Shown here piece after piece: positions 49,989 through 62,986 of a DNA stretch of 64,000 nucleotides (position 1 is the first letter of the stretch; the number at the start of each line of letters is the position of its first letter). The stretch comes from Marsupella aquatica (Eukaryota > Plantae > Marchantiophyta): assembly GCA_973895155.1 (NCBI GenBank), contig OZ316891.1:22209168-22273167 (forward strand), read 5' to 3'. A model generated the notes under the pieces. That model ran no database searches, had not been told where the DNA came from, and saw only the letters and a list, made by a program, of their open reading frames with translations. A program made the translations under genes and the position numbers.

Positions 49989-50929
49989 GATGATTCTAAA
50001 TGAAGCAAATTTTAAAGGTAGTCTGAACAATTTTATTGAAGACAAATAGGAGTACATTTTTGGTAATATCAAGGATAATAAATTCTGCATGCAAAACTTT
50101 TCCCTTATTATCTCTATGTCGATACAATACATGTAACATTTCATATGGTTCATGCAAAATATTGTTTTGTCCATAGTGCGTAGTTGAAAGGCCTTAGAGT
50201 CCCTTGGTATTCCTCTACCCATAGTAGTTATGGTGTTCTTACTTTTGTTTGTTACTCTATCCATAGTAGCCAAAGGGCTTCTTAAGTTACTAACCTTGGT
50301 AAATGTTAAAGAAATTGAAAAGTTTCTTGTATTTCTTATGTTACTTTGGTAAATGTTAGAGTAGTTTAAGAATTTTTTTCTACTTGTCATTATTTTAAAA
50401 ATGTAAAATAGATTTTACCATGGAAATTGAAAGAAACTACCAAAAAAACACTGTCTGATAATTATCAATCACAACTAATCCAAATTTATAATATTTTCTT
50501 TCGCCCCTATTTCATCTTTTTCTTTGTTTACTTGAATTGTTACTTTTCAATTTTCCATTCCTTACAGACCACCATGAGAGGTCCCTGGAAAATTCCCTAC
50601 CATGAGGTTGTGCCACATCAGCACAACCAGCTACAAACAGGAAAGATCATATTTTTGATAGTAACAAAAGTGCACATTCATGTTTGTGGCAAAAGCAACG
50701 TAATTTTGGGGGCACTATGCCGTAAGATTAAATGTAAAAAAACAAAATACAAAGGAAGAAATGTCATTTAGTAAAATAAAATTACCATTCTGATGTTTGT
50801 CAATGATATATCAGTGTTTTATATCAAAATGTTTGTATTTTTTAATTGTTTGCAAGTTTGAAAAAACCAATCAATAGAAATGTACATAGTTAGAACCCCT
50901 TTGGCTCCACATTGTAATACTAAAACTAA

Positions 50930-51420
50930 TCAATCTCCTTAGTACTTGATGAAATCTGTCAATGTTTGATTCATTGGAAAACTCAAGATCAAGATTTATA
51001 ATCTCAAGATCAAGATTTTAGTATTGTCTTGATAAAATCTCTCAATGTCACAATCATTGGAAAGCTAAAGTAAAATTAGAAACTCATCATCTCCTCAGTA
51101 CTTAACAAAATCTATCAATGTTAGGTTCATTGGAAAACTAGAGAAATTTGGATACTCAAGATCTCTCTAGTTTTTGACAAATACTTCCAATGTCACACAT
51201 TAGAAAGCTAGAGAGATTGAAAACCTCATGACTTCTTTAGTACCATGACTGACATGAAATTTGTCAATGTCGGACTCAAGGTTAGAAAATTAAAAGAATT
51301 CATGAACTCATGATCAAAATTTCTTATTGTCACACTCATTGAAAAAGCAGAGAAATTCAAAAACTTATGTGGAACTTGACAAAATTTGCCAATCTGAGGC
51401 TCATTGGAAACCCTTTCTTG
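50930..51420. repeat. Degenerate AT-rich tandem array, ~7 units of 60-80 bp
   Basis: Recurring GA(T/C)AAAAT...CAATGT...CATT(G/A)GAAA(A/G)CT. Confidence 0.7.
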
Positions 51421-54269
51421 ATTAAGAGATGTCACAATCTTGTCACCATCACAAACTTAACCGCTGCAAATTGATTTCTTTGATTACATCGCGGTCGATT
51501 GTCTCCAATGTTTGCTTCCCGGCTTGAATTGTTCATGTCCTTCCAGTGTTCAATTGAAACTCACTCTGAACACAAGTTGATGCCAAATGCAGCCTCTATG
51601 TCAAAGAAACAATCATTGGTCTCCCCTCACACCATAGCTTTCTTAAATAAAAAAAACTACAAACTTTCATGTGAAGTGATGGCTCGTCCATTTTGTGCAT
51701 TTTTCCCATCGAAATGACAAGCGCTCTTTCGCCAACAGTTGAGTGTTGTCCAGTCTGTCTTGTGATGGTAATGCTCAACGTAACTCATAAACGATCAATC
51801 AGGAATGGTAGAAACACAATTCCTCCAATGTGTAAGGAAAAACCATCATAAAACTCAATTTCTCCACATTCAACCTTCCGATTGATAAACCAAAGAGATC
51901 ATCTCAACCATATTGATCTATTTTATCTTTTGAGCGTTCTCTTTTGTACGAGCACACACCAAGACCACGGAAGACTCAAAACTATTGGTTACCGCCTTGC
52001 TGAAAATCAATTTCACTTCATCATACACACATTCCTGGGATGGACATGGAGGTCCACGGATTAATTTACAGTTACAGGGTCTAATTGTTTTTCCTTGCCT
52101 TGCCTCAAATACCAATTATAGTCAACTTTGGTTCTTCTTGCATAATTGACGGTTCTTGTTTGTGATAAATCATGCTAGTGTGACTGCACATGCATCCAGG
52201 AATTTGGGAAGGAACTTCACATGGGAGTCCGTAATTATATGTTAGGAAAGTAGTGCCTCATGGGGCTTCACTATATGGAATAGGTCATGAATGGGAGATT
52301 TTGATTACACATCTTAGTATTAATAGATGATTGTCTTACTTGTACTAAATCTAAAAAGTAGTAACAACATCCTATACTCAACTTAATGGGTACTATAAAC
52401 CTATAATCTTTTGCAGAATGTGAATGCTTGGAACCTTTAGGATGACACGTATGAAACCTTTGGATTGGCAAATGGTTTCAAACAATGGATGACTGCAAAA
52501 GCCAGTGAGAGTCCAACAAGGAGAAAGTGAAAGAAAATGTCTTATGAGAGTAGATCCAAAAACCAATAGTCAGTTTACTCAAGGGTGGGTAACATAGTCT
52601 TAAATATTGACACCGAACTTCACCACCCTCCATCAATCTTACTACTAAATTGCAAACAGGAGCTACAATTAGGGTCTAGGCCTGCTTCTAGAATGAAGCC
52701 TCTAGACCATAACTCTAGGGCCCCACCAAATATATGTGGATGGACAGGATGGATACTCTATGTCAAGACAATGATACCATGCTGATTTCTGTCATCATCT
52801 CTATTGTCGTGCAAAGAATGGGCATTCAAGCTCATTGAAATAAATCACCAAGCCAGATTGAGACCATGTTAGCACATGGCCCACGCAAAAATCAAACATT
52901 TTATAAAAAAGGTCCAACAAAGAAAACAAGCCAATGGGGGAAAAGAACCAAACACAAAATCTTTTAAAATGTAGCTAATGAAATAGCTAAGCACATAAGG
53001 AAGACTTTTTTCTTTTTGAAAGAGTCAGAATAATTGAAGGAAAATTTATCCTTGAAATCTTAATCAAATTACAATAGCTATCCACAACAGAAAGAGTCCT
53101 TGTAACCTATGGAAGTAACAATTTTTTTTTGCTGTGTACAGTGTTGGAGTAACTTCTAACAAATTGATGCTCCCAAGTACCACAATGAGTAACCATGCAA
53201 CTTAGACGTACCTAACAGACCCAAAAGTGTGGCTATTAGTGCGTCCAAAGTAATGATAAAGACTGATCCATCCAGGTTGGAGTAGTCCATCTGAAGTACT
53301 TATCAAATGTTATGGTTCATTGGGTTTCGTTTTTGGCTGTGCTGTCCATATTATTTTAACAATTGGCTAATGAATTCATCTATCTAATGTCCTACAATTT
53401 CCAATCTGAATCTACCCTAAGGGGAGTCTTGGGTTAAGGAACCCTTCGTGTGCATATGCAATTATAGATAAACCCAAACAATGAGGGTAATCAATGCTTT
53501 GCCATTCAATTAGGGAGACTGTTGCGAATTGCCTGAGTCTGGCCTAAAATATTATTGAGGTCAATACTAGGCATGAGCAAAGCTGGCCACCATGCCATGG
53601 GTCAATGACAGACCAGTTGTGTGGGTTGAGACAGGTGCAAGGGTTGGATCCTGCAAGGGATGTTTACTCTTGGCTCAAATCCCAGCTAAAAGTGGGGTTC
53701 CCACAATCATACCTTTTGAGAATTGGGAACAAAAATGGGGCAGAGAGCTGCCAAAAGGGCAAAAGGCAAAGGCAGCAAGTTCTTGAGGGTCATTAATGAG
53801 CCTTAATTCTGGCCTTCAACTTGAAACAACTGCATGAAAGTAGTGCTCCAGGCCCCTTATTGGTAATCATACATCAAAATGCGATAATATACAATATACA
53901 TTTTCTTTTAAATAATGAGAGTTATCATACTATGAAAAGATGTCATAGAATTTGTATATTGATTCTCATTAAATGTGTTAATGTATGGTGTGCACTCATT
54001 GAAGATCATTCAATGAACCTTAATACCGGTCTTCAATGCAAATCATATGCTCGATATTCCAGCTAGGTAAGGTAATTCCAGCTAGGTACGGTAATTAACT
54101 AACTAATCAGACTTGTGAGTCGGTCATGACCAGACGTATCCCACACTGTCTTGTACAACTGGTCCAGACAGGACACCCGCGCCTGACGCCCCCACGGACA
54201 TGACGCGCACCGATTGCTACAGCATACCGCACGCTATCCGCCCGCGCTTTACAGCTCTGCCTTACGCCC

Positions 54270-54515
54270 TTACCGTTACAGCTAAACTCAACGTAACTCG
54301 CTTTCTCGCACGCGGTACCATTCGTCCACGGCGTCACTCTGAAGCTAACCACAGTTGGCATTGGCTCTTGCCCGCTTCACCGTTACAGCCTGGCCTACCC
54401 TTGTAGCTAATCTAAACTCCCGGTAAACTCGCTTACTCGCACGCGGACCATCCCTCCATGGCGTTACCACGGCGTCGATCTGAAAGGTAACCACAGTTGG
54501 CGTTGGCTCTTTCCT
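54270..54515. repeat. Diverged ~135-bp direct duplication upstream of the HMA gene
   Basis: CTAAACTC..AACTCGCTT.CTCGCACGCGG..CCAT..CCACGGCGTC..TCTGAA..TAACCACAGTTGGC.TTGGCTCTT at ~54281-54369 and ~54412-54511. Confidence 0.8.
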
Positions 54516-54645
54516 CTCGGGTGAGATGGCCCCGCAGTTGGGTTTCCGAAATCTGCTCACTAATAATAATAATAAAAGCGTTCAAAAAGTTACCGCGCCG
54601 GCGGTTAACCCTGTCTCACGCGCGCCTCCGCAGCGTGCGCCGGAA

Positions 54646-54654
54646 TATATAAAA
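54646..54654 (+). promoter_or_regulatory. TATA box of the HMA gene
   Basis: TATATAAAA in GC-rich context, followed by a leader with donor CAG|GTATTT at 54781/54782 and acceptor CGCAG at 55368 upstream of the ATG at 55417. Confidence 0.6.
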
Positions 54655-55416
54655 GCCGGGGACAAGTCTAACGGTGCGTCATAGATGTGTCCTGCATTCT
54701 TCGAGACTTGAGTCGCCACTCAATCTATCGATTGGAGACGAGCAGACTAGCAGAGAGGCTTTCCATCGCTTTTGCAGACAGGTATTTAGAGAGAGAGAGA
54801 GACAGAGTTACTCGTAATTTGAGAGAGAGAGAGAGAGATCCTGAATCGTGATTGATACTTTCAGAAACTTGCTTGCCTTTGGGGTACAGCGCAGCGGGTC
54901 CGGAGGTTCTCGAAGGAAGCCTGTGGCGGCCCTAGCCTGATCGAGTACAAGCGTTGCCAATTGCAGTCTGCACGCTGTCGTTTGTGTTGGAACTTGGAGC
55001 ACAGTGGTCGATCGATCGGTACGTGCTTGCGTGGCTGGTAGCCGCCTCGATCCATTCCATTTCGGTCCGGCGATTGATTGGCCGAAGGGGATTGTGGGAG
55101 AGAAGCTGTTGATTGTCTTCGTTCATTGGTGACGATCGGTCTCTGTTGGGACGCATTGGACTCTGGAATCCGTTATTTCCAGCTCTTTCGCTCTGCTGTG
55201 AATTGGGTTCGTTCTCGCATACTGTTCCAGTGAGGAGAGCATTTGTGGTAGAGATTCGCGCCTGGTAGAGCGATACGAGTGGAGAGGAGTTGAGGACACA
55301 TTTGTACACAGAAGTTTCATCGTTGACTGTGCGCGCAAGCAGCAAGAGTCGGCCGCATTTCATCGCAGGATCATTTCTCGGATTACTTCCGTTTTCGTTG
55401 GGTTCGAGAAGTAACG

Positions 55417-56758
55417 ATGACGAGCTACTATGGCCGTCGGCGTTATGGGGTGAGAATTCCGATTGCTAGGACTCTCTACCTTTGTGCATGTACACGCAAG
55501 CCAGGCTACGGTTGAATGTATGAATTTGAGCGTTTTGGCCAAATACTGTAGGCAGATTGTCTATTCAGCTGTCTATAGGAGATGATTGGCAGCCTCATTT
55601 TGATAGTCCTTAAGCAGTCTTGCATCACTCCACTGCTTCATATGCATTATTCTAGGTGTCAAGCCTCGATGGTTGCGCTTCAATTCGTTTGATGGTATCG
55701 ACCTCTTGTACAGGATTCAGTTAATGTAGAAAATTTCCTTGGACTTAATGATTATCCGCCTTGGATGCATGCAGACTACACTTCTCTACGAACCAGACCA
55801 CATTGAGTATCCAGGCTACGATACTAGCTGGGTCCTTGGTCGTGAGAGGGAGGCCTCTTACTACCCTGACGGCCACTATTACTCCCCGAACTACGATTCT
55901 TATCCGTATTATCCACGCTCTCGATCGGCATACTACCACCCGGAGACTTACTACGGACGCAGTGGAGGAGCTGACCTGGCCTGGGCTGTAAGTTGCTGGT
56001 CCCTTCCTGGTTGGGCGTGAATGTATACGAGACACACTACATGAATTTCTTTACAAATTGGCGGAAGGTCTAATCCAATGGCTGCTTCATTCTGATAGAA
56101 TTGTAGTCATGGTCCGATTTGTACCCTCCAGTAGTCATGTGTCTAACGTACTTGCCATAATTCGCAGACGGAGATCCCGATCAGACTGAGGGTATCAATC
56201 TGTTGCGAGGGATGCAAGATCAAGTTGGACAACGCATTGAGAGACATACATGGTAAGCGTACAGCTGGCCCAGGCAATATTCCAGTGTGCCACTTGGTTC
56301 TCGAGCTTGACCTCGAATTCCAGTTCTTTTTCTTCATTCGCTCGATTTTCAGTTTAGCCACCTTCGATTAATTGGCACCTTTTGAGTAGCGGGTTTCTCC
56401 CTCCTATTAGAGAATTTCGAGACACGAGAAAAGACTGTCCATTTACAATTCGTTTGAGCAATTAAAGTCTCCTGAAATAGAACCCGATTCTCGCTTTGGT
56501 AGGCTTCAAGAAATTCAACCAGTTGTTTGTGGTGGTCATTTTCTGATCTAGGCTCACATACTCGTTGTCGCCCATCGTCATGATACAGGCGTGCACGACG
56601 TCGGAATCGCAGGCTGGTCGAACGCCGTAGTGACGGTGACGGGTACTGCTCCATTGCATAAGCTTCTGAAGACGGCCCGCAAGATCTCCAAGACCGCTGA
56701 GCTCTGGGAAGATCCATACGAGCACACCAGTCATTACTCTTATGGCAGTAGATATTAA
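55417..56758 (+). CDS. HMA-domain metallochaperone-like protein (no CaaX) with Tyr-rich N-terminus, 4 exons, 166 aa
   Basis: GT-AG exons 55417-55449 (MTSYYGRRRYG), 55775-55987 (TTLLYEPD...GADLAWA), 56168-56252 (TEIPIRLRVSICCEGCKIKLDNALRDIH), 56589-56758 (GVHDVGIAGWSNAVVTVTGTAPLHKLLKTARKISKTAELWEDPYEHTSHYSYGSRY*). Phases 0,0,1 give a continuous 501-nt frame with CCEGC, VTVTG and AELW. Confidence 0.88.
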
Positions 56759-59700
56759 TGTAACGAGCCTGGCTCGAGACATCCAGGTCCAAGGCGTACT
56801 GCTGGTGCTCCGTAGTACCAAACCGATGACTTATAGGGACCCCACGAGTGGAGACGACTAGAACTTGCAATTTCTTCGGCAGATAATGACGATAACTTCA
56901 CCGACTTTGTAAATTACATTGGTACAAATTGTCTACTCGCAAGCAGCCTAGAACAGAGTGATCAAATTAGTCCTTACCATCTCAGGTTTGACGTTAGCAG
57001 TCATCAAATTCAAGATATTCTTATACATGTACAAATCAACACAGATGTCTACGCGCTGCTGCTAGCATACTTGGCCATCTCTCCAAATGTGAGGAGTCTG
57101 ATGATGCCATTGAAAAGAAAAAACAGATCAGTACTCAACATTATGTGCGGAAATTACTGTACAGCCTTGACGTACGTTCCAGTGTTTAGCAGGTAGGATC
57201 ACCAGACTCTGGTGGCTGGAAGGGTTGCAGTAGTCAGTAAGCGCAACTCGATCAGATACACCTATGTACACGATTTAGAGGCAGATTATACCTCTGTTGA
57301 ATTCTTAATTTGAATCATACTGTCCCTACTCAGGTTGAGTATCATCCAAAATGACAAATATTGGAATCTGGATTTAGACAGATGTGTATAGTTCGTCGTT
57401 ACTGTGAAATTTCAAACTTGACTTTTTTATGTGTTGTTGACTTCACTTTTGCAGTCAAGGGCCTGTATGAATACTCCTGATCGGAAAGAACGGCCAATGA
57501 CCACTTCCACAGGTCAATCTTCCAGGAAACAAATTCAGTCTAAGGATTTTGCCACTAATGATCGTTTCGGACGGTAACAATCGGGAAAATGTGGACCATG
57601 TGCAAATTGTGGGAACAACTGTCTTTCCTCTCAGGTGTGCAATATTTCGGTAGAAATATACCTTCTTCGTTTTATGTCGACAAATTGCAATTGTCTTTGG
57701 TTTAAACAGTTGTTGAATTGAAGTTAGCAGAATAACTGCTTGACAGAAGGAAAACAGTTGTCAACTGTTTGTCTTTGTCAAACAGTTCGGGTAAAATGTC
57801 AATTTCATATCCGAAAGCAATTGGCACAGGTCTATTGTAAACAGGGGAGGATACTCAATTTTGATGGAAGATTAGTGTAGCACGGACGACTGTCATCAAT
57901 TGTACTACTGTCCTCTGGCGGATATAATCTTTGACATAGCCGTGGCTGTCATGTTCAAAGAAGTCCTGAGAGACGTAAATCGGCTGTAACCTGTATAACC
58001 CTATGGGAGAGTTGAAAAGCACCAGCTGTTTCATTGTTTTAGAGACAACCAGTAGCTGTTTTCATTACGGAAAGACAGGAACTCCAAATGCACCTTTGCG
58101 ACTGATTTCCTTCAGACGGAACTAGAACTTCAAATGCCTAACGTCGTTACTCCCAAGAGATTCACCTTCCTTCTCACAACTGTTCATGAGAAATCCCATG
58201 CTATTCTAAATCCCTGATTTATTTCAGTGGTACTACGAAATGGGTATCAGGTCACTTACGAATCTATCAATTGGACTGGAGGTTGGTTGGAGTTCTCGCT
58301 GAGTCAACAAAAGATGTGCCGGAAACAGAACTTTAGTAACCTTTCATAAGGTGACATCGTAATTTGCGTTCATTCACCGTGGGATAGTCTTTAACGATAC
58401 GGATCCTTGAACAGAGTCTTGGAACAACGTGCGAAACGGTGATCAAATTTGTTTCCATGCTAGTTTGTGATGGCCCTCCTCCAGAAGTTGCGTTCGTCTG
58501 ACGCTCACCAGCTTTTGTGGCGGACTGCTTGTGGTAGACCCTCACCCATTTTCTCTCATTTCATGATGTACGTCGTTGGTCAGGTGCACTTGGAATGTAA
58601 TTGACGAAATCGGTTCTTCTCCTCCTCCCGAAGCTTTATTTCAACTACTCTGTTTCCCATACCTTCTAACAACGTTGTGAGTTTTACATCCACATCATTT
58701 CTCCACTGCAGCGTCTCATTCGATGCATTGAGATTTGGTGAATCCAACCTCACTAGTGAGCCACGGGAACGAATCCTGAATGAGATCCATTCTGACACGA
58801 AAAGCATTCAGGTCTGTACTTTGTACCCCAACGCAAAAGTGCAACAGAATTGTTAGATTTGTTGGTTCTGATTGCAACGAACTCAGACAAAGCTATCATA
58901 TCAGTCATGACGGACAAATGGCGCTCGGGAAAACGATATGGCGTCACTAGCCACATAGCAATGTCAAAACTGGAAGTGCAGTAGTGCTTGTGAGTCAGCA
59001 ATTACTCATCAACGTAGCAGCTTTCGCCCCACGTCTAGATATCCAATGTGGCTGTGTGTCATTGAGCAGGTTCTAGGAGATGATGGCCCAGTCCACAATT
59101 TCCCAAGCAAGAGTGATGAACGTACCAGCTTAGGTCCTTAGGATGTCCTTTGAAAGAATGTTGTTCTCATCTTTCTGGGTGTTTATGACGACTTAGTCAC
59201 CACACTTAGTGTGGAATGGTCGACCATTATCGCTCCTTTTTTTCTTCTTCCTTGGTTTGTGGGGTTTGCGTTTGTCCTCTTCTACTGTCTGGACCTCTCT
59301 TGCTTTTACTCCAGTGTACTTGATCGGCCCTCTTTTGTAAACTGGTCCTTTGCCCTTGTGGGACATGGTGAAGAAGGGTGTCCACGACAGAAAAGGGTGT
59401 CCCCAGTTCAATTCCAAAGGGAGCCACCTATGCAGGTTCTCCAGGATCAGATTCCAGGATTAGATTGGAGTTCCCAGTGGGACTCTCAATTTTGCATTCC
59501 AGTCAATCCAAATCTCTCAACCTTGGGCGTTTCCTGACTCTGAGTTTAATTCCCAACTCGTCTAACTTGTGGTGCAAGGCATTAGTAGAGCTTTATTGGC
59601 AACCCCACATTGCTTGCTACGCGTCATCTCAGGAACTCCGTGCGTTTGGATTTGAAGCGGGGCCCCACATGAAAGCTCGGCAACAAGAGGCATCATCCTG

Positions 59701-59894
59701 TAGAGTCCTCGTCCGTCCTTCCTTCCTTCCTTCCTTTCTGGGTCGTTAAGAATTGTCATCACTCAGGTCAAATTAAGTCATTGCTCTGGATAATGAAGCA
59801 AAGCACAACGCAGCAGAGCTACGAGAGAAGTCATCTCCTAGCCCAGGTCCCTCCCTCCCTTCCTACGTGCTCTGTGGGAACGGTGCGCGCTCAG

Positions 59895-60079
59895 ACTCCA
59901 TTGGTGCAATTGGGGCAGAGTGATGTCAATTTGGGCTGATTGTTGCTGATTGTTGCTGATTGTTGCTGTGCTGTCTGCCCAGCCGTAATACATGATTCTG
60001 AGTCAGCAAGAGCCAGAGCAAGAGCAACACTGCGACAGCAACAAAAGCAACAACAGCAACACTTTGCTCCACGTGGAGT
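59895..60079 (+). ncRNA. Candidate hairpin RNA / pre-miRNA-like foldback
   Basis: Nested arms: ACTCCAT (59895)/GTGGAGT (60073-60079); GGGGCAGAGTG (59912-59922)/CACTTTGCTCC (60060-60070) with two G:U pairs; (TGTTGCTGAT)3 (59941-59969)/ACAGCAACAAAAGCAACAACAGCAACA (60035-60061). Expression unknown. Confidence 0.35.
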
Positions 60080-60889
60080 ATGGAGTATTTGGTAAATGTG
60101 TCGCCTGGGAAACAGGGGTTCAAAGTCTTTATCCAGGTAGGAAGGGACATCGTTGCACTTTTGGCAGAATGCTTTGCACTTTCGATTGAGGGTCTAGCTC
60201 TCTCTCTTTTTTACCGACTTTAACAGGTGTGTTCTCAACAAAGGAAGTATAGGGCTGGTCAAATATAGAAGCAACTCGAAGTTGAAAAGTCCTTGAAAAG
60301 CCACTGGCCATGTCGAAGCCAGAAACTTCAAAGCCCAAGCACCTTATTCACTACCCTCTCTATACAGTACTCTCTAGCAGCAATTGTACCATGTTTAGGG
60401 TCCTATAGTTGTGGATCCAGGTTTTAGAGATGGACAGTCAGTAGCGGTTTAAAAACCTACCCTACAATGTAATTGGGAAAGAGTCTCACAGGCTCCAGGC
60501 TGGTTTGAAGGCTTTATTTTTATTATTCCGGAAACTGTGTTGTCTTTGGTAAAGCCATTGGGTCTCGACACTATATTTAAAGAAATTCTTGCACATAGTT
60601 TATCTCCTATTTTTCCCTCTTTCTAGGTTTTTGTAGTTTGCATTTGTCTTGTCCGGGCCTATTCTGCTTTTACTCGATGGTACTATATTTGGCCCTTTGT
60701 TAGTAAATTGGTCATTTTTTCTTCTCTTAAGAGAACAAAGTACGGGACTGTTCTTTCTGACATGTAAGTTTAGCCTTCGTTTTGACCAAAAAAACTCACA
60801 TGGCGCACTCCCATGATTGGAGAGGGGCAGGGACACAAATAATGGGTGAAAGTAGCCCTCATTTTACGCTTCCCATGAAAGTGTGATTG

Positions 60890-60928
60890 TCCCATCCCAT
60901 CCCATCCCATCCTGTCCCATCCTGTCCC
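60890..60928. repeat. (ATCCC)n microsatellite
   Basis: TCCCATCCCATCCCATCCCATCCTGTCCCATCCTGTCCC. Confidence 0.85.
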
Positions 60929-61996
60929 TCCATGTATATGAACAATGAGAAAAATCTTGGAGATGAAATTTGACATGTACTCATATGGAAGAAAGTGGAG
61001 AGGTACAGACCCAAAGGGATTGTTTGTTCTAATTTCTCTCGAAGGAATAACCATAGTATTGATTGAACATTAAGGGAGTAATCACCTACTGTGCCTAGTC
61101 CCTTAGGTGGTACATAATTAGTAACTTATTCCAGTGGTGGAGATTACCATTGCATACGAGAAGAGTGAGAGCTCCATTTATATGTGGGGGTCTGTTTGTT
61201 GGTGCTATCTTGTAGGTCCATTTCTTTACTATTTAATCATTTATAAAGTAGACTTGCATCCTACTGCTTTAAATAAATACAAGAAACATTCTACAGTGGG
61301 ATCAAAAGAAGCACTGGAAATGAAATCTTAAAATTCTTCCTCAACATTTGTCATCAGCTAATGGGAATTCTCCTTGTGTGAATTTGCATCACGAGCTTGG
61401 GTTTTTCTAGGCATTTCACTGTTAAATGTAAACAACCCCCAATGGTTAAGCTGTCAGAGTAAGTTTCTCCTGAATTCATATCTCTTCAAGCACAAGCTTT
61501 GAATTAAGCCTCAAGGCAGCAATCTTGAGTTTGGTCAGTGTGGGAACATTCCTATGTTCCTTCAATCCTCCTCATCATCCAAACCACAGGACACATTTAC
61601 TGGCAGCACTACTTTGTTCCTTCAACCTCCTCAGCCAAACAAGCGAACACATGTACTGAAAAAGTGCCAACAAAATTCAAGAAGAGAACAATAAATGGAA
61701 GAGGTCCTGAGTGGAGCAAGCCACAAAAAATAAAAGAGACAGAGGACTAAGAACCACCTAAAGTTTCCAAGGAACAACCACCTAAAGCAGGTCGACAACT
61801 ACCAAATACGATTAAAGTAAATATTATGCTAAATATAGGTACTGGGCTTTTGAGTACTTTCCTTCCAAAAAGGCAATCGATATGTCCTTTCCTTCAAGGA
61901 TCCTCTAGGCTACCCTATTGTTTTTAATGTGCCGAAAATTTCCCTCTTTCCAGTTCACTTTGTCAGGAAGCTTTTTTTACAAGCATGGCAGGAGAA

Positions 61997-62040
61997 TGTC
62001 GTGAATAAGTTGGTGGACTGTCGTGAATAAGTTGGTGGAC
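61997..62040. repeat. 22-bp perfect tandem duplication
   Basis: TGTCGTGAATAAGTTGGTGGAC x2. Confidence 0.9.
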
Positions 62041-62986
62041 AACACAGATCATATATCCTGCAATTCATCTCAGCAATTTATTAATCACCACATTACCCAC
62101 TCAATAGAGACTCCTGATCAGTTTTCAATGATGACTGATGTAGATATGGAGTCTGAATTCGAATCTACTTCAGAAGGACAACACAACCACCAGACGAGCG
62201 AGACGCATTGAGAAACAATCCCTTCCACAAAAACCTACTGCACCGTAAGCATTCTCTGGATTGGCTAGTAGACCCCTCCGTTTGTGGTCTATCCTTCGCC
62301 TCATCTGAGTTTGCACTATACAATAAAAAATTCATTCAGGGACAAAAGGAAACTGCATTGCAGTTACGACAGTATCCAACCTTTCCAATCCCTCGAGTGA
62401 ATAGTAATGTTCCAAAGCATCAAATATCAAAGCAAAAACTTCCAAGGTACACTCTTTCTTCGGCCTATGGAGCTTTCTTCACTTTTCTTCCTGTTGCTTA
62501 GCTACATTGCAGTTCCTGGCCTGGTCGCGTATAATACTTCTGTTGCATCTCCTGTATGAGATTGTAATACCAATTCCTCTTTGGATTGGTGCTTCACGCT
62601 TATCACTGGATTTTTTTATTGCATTATAGGAATTTGATCACAAAAAATTAGACTCGTTTCAGTGAGTCGTAATGGCATCATCGCACGTTCACTTATGGCT
62701 GATGGAACCAGCTTTTACATGGAAGGTTGTGCATCTAAACTCTACCGTACTTATATTGCACGGGACGATATGAACTTATCAACTTGCAGCAATGTAGATT
62801 GAGGAATACTCTCGATACTTGACGAAAAGGCTCCTCAGGAGGAAAGGTTGATCACTGATACATATGTCAAGTTTGCGTTTGACAACCTCAAAAACACCAT
62901 CAGCATCCAGTATCCAAATCTCGCTTACGACTATACAAAACTTCATACTATATACGGAAAAGCAAGCTCGCCCCTAAAGGGTATTT

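Noticed and set aside
54080-55500. GTAC copper-response elements around the HMA promoter
   Set aside because: About 8 occurrences in 1.4 kb, close to chance for a 4-mer.
56349-56870. 173-aa minus-strand ORF that looked like an F-box-associated fragment
   Set aside because: It is the antisense shadow of HMA exon 4 (56589-56758, +), which has proper splice sites and motifs.
57800-59050. Minus-strand coding-like fragments (also 51440-52120)
   Set aside because: Stop-riddled with no motif I can assign; possibly TE or gene relics, needs BLASTX.
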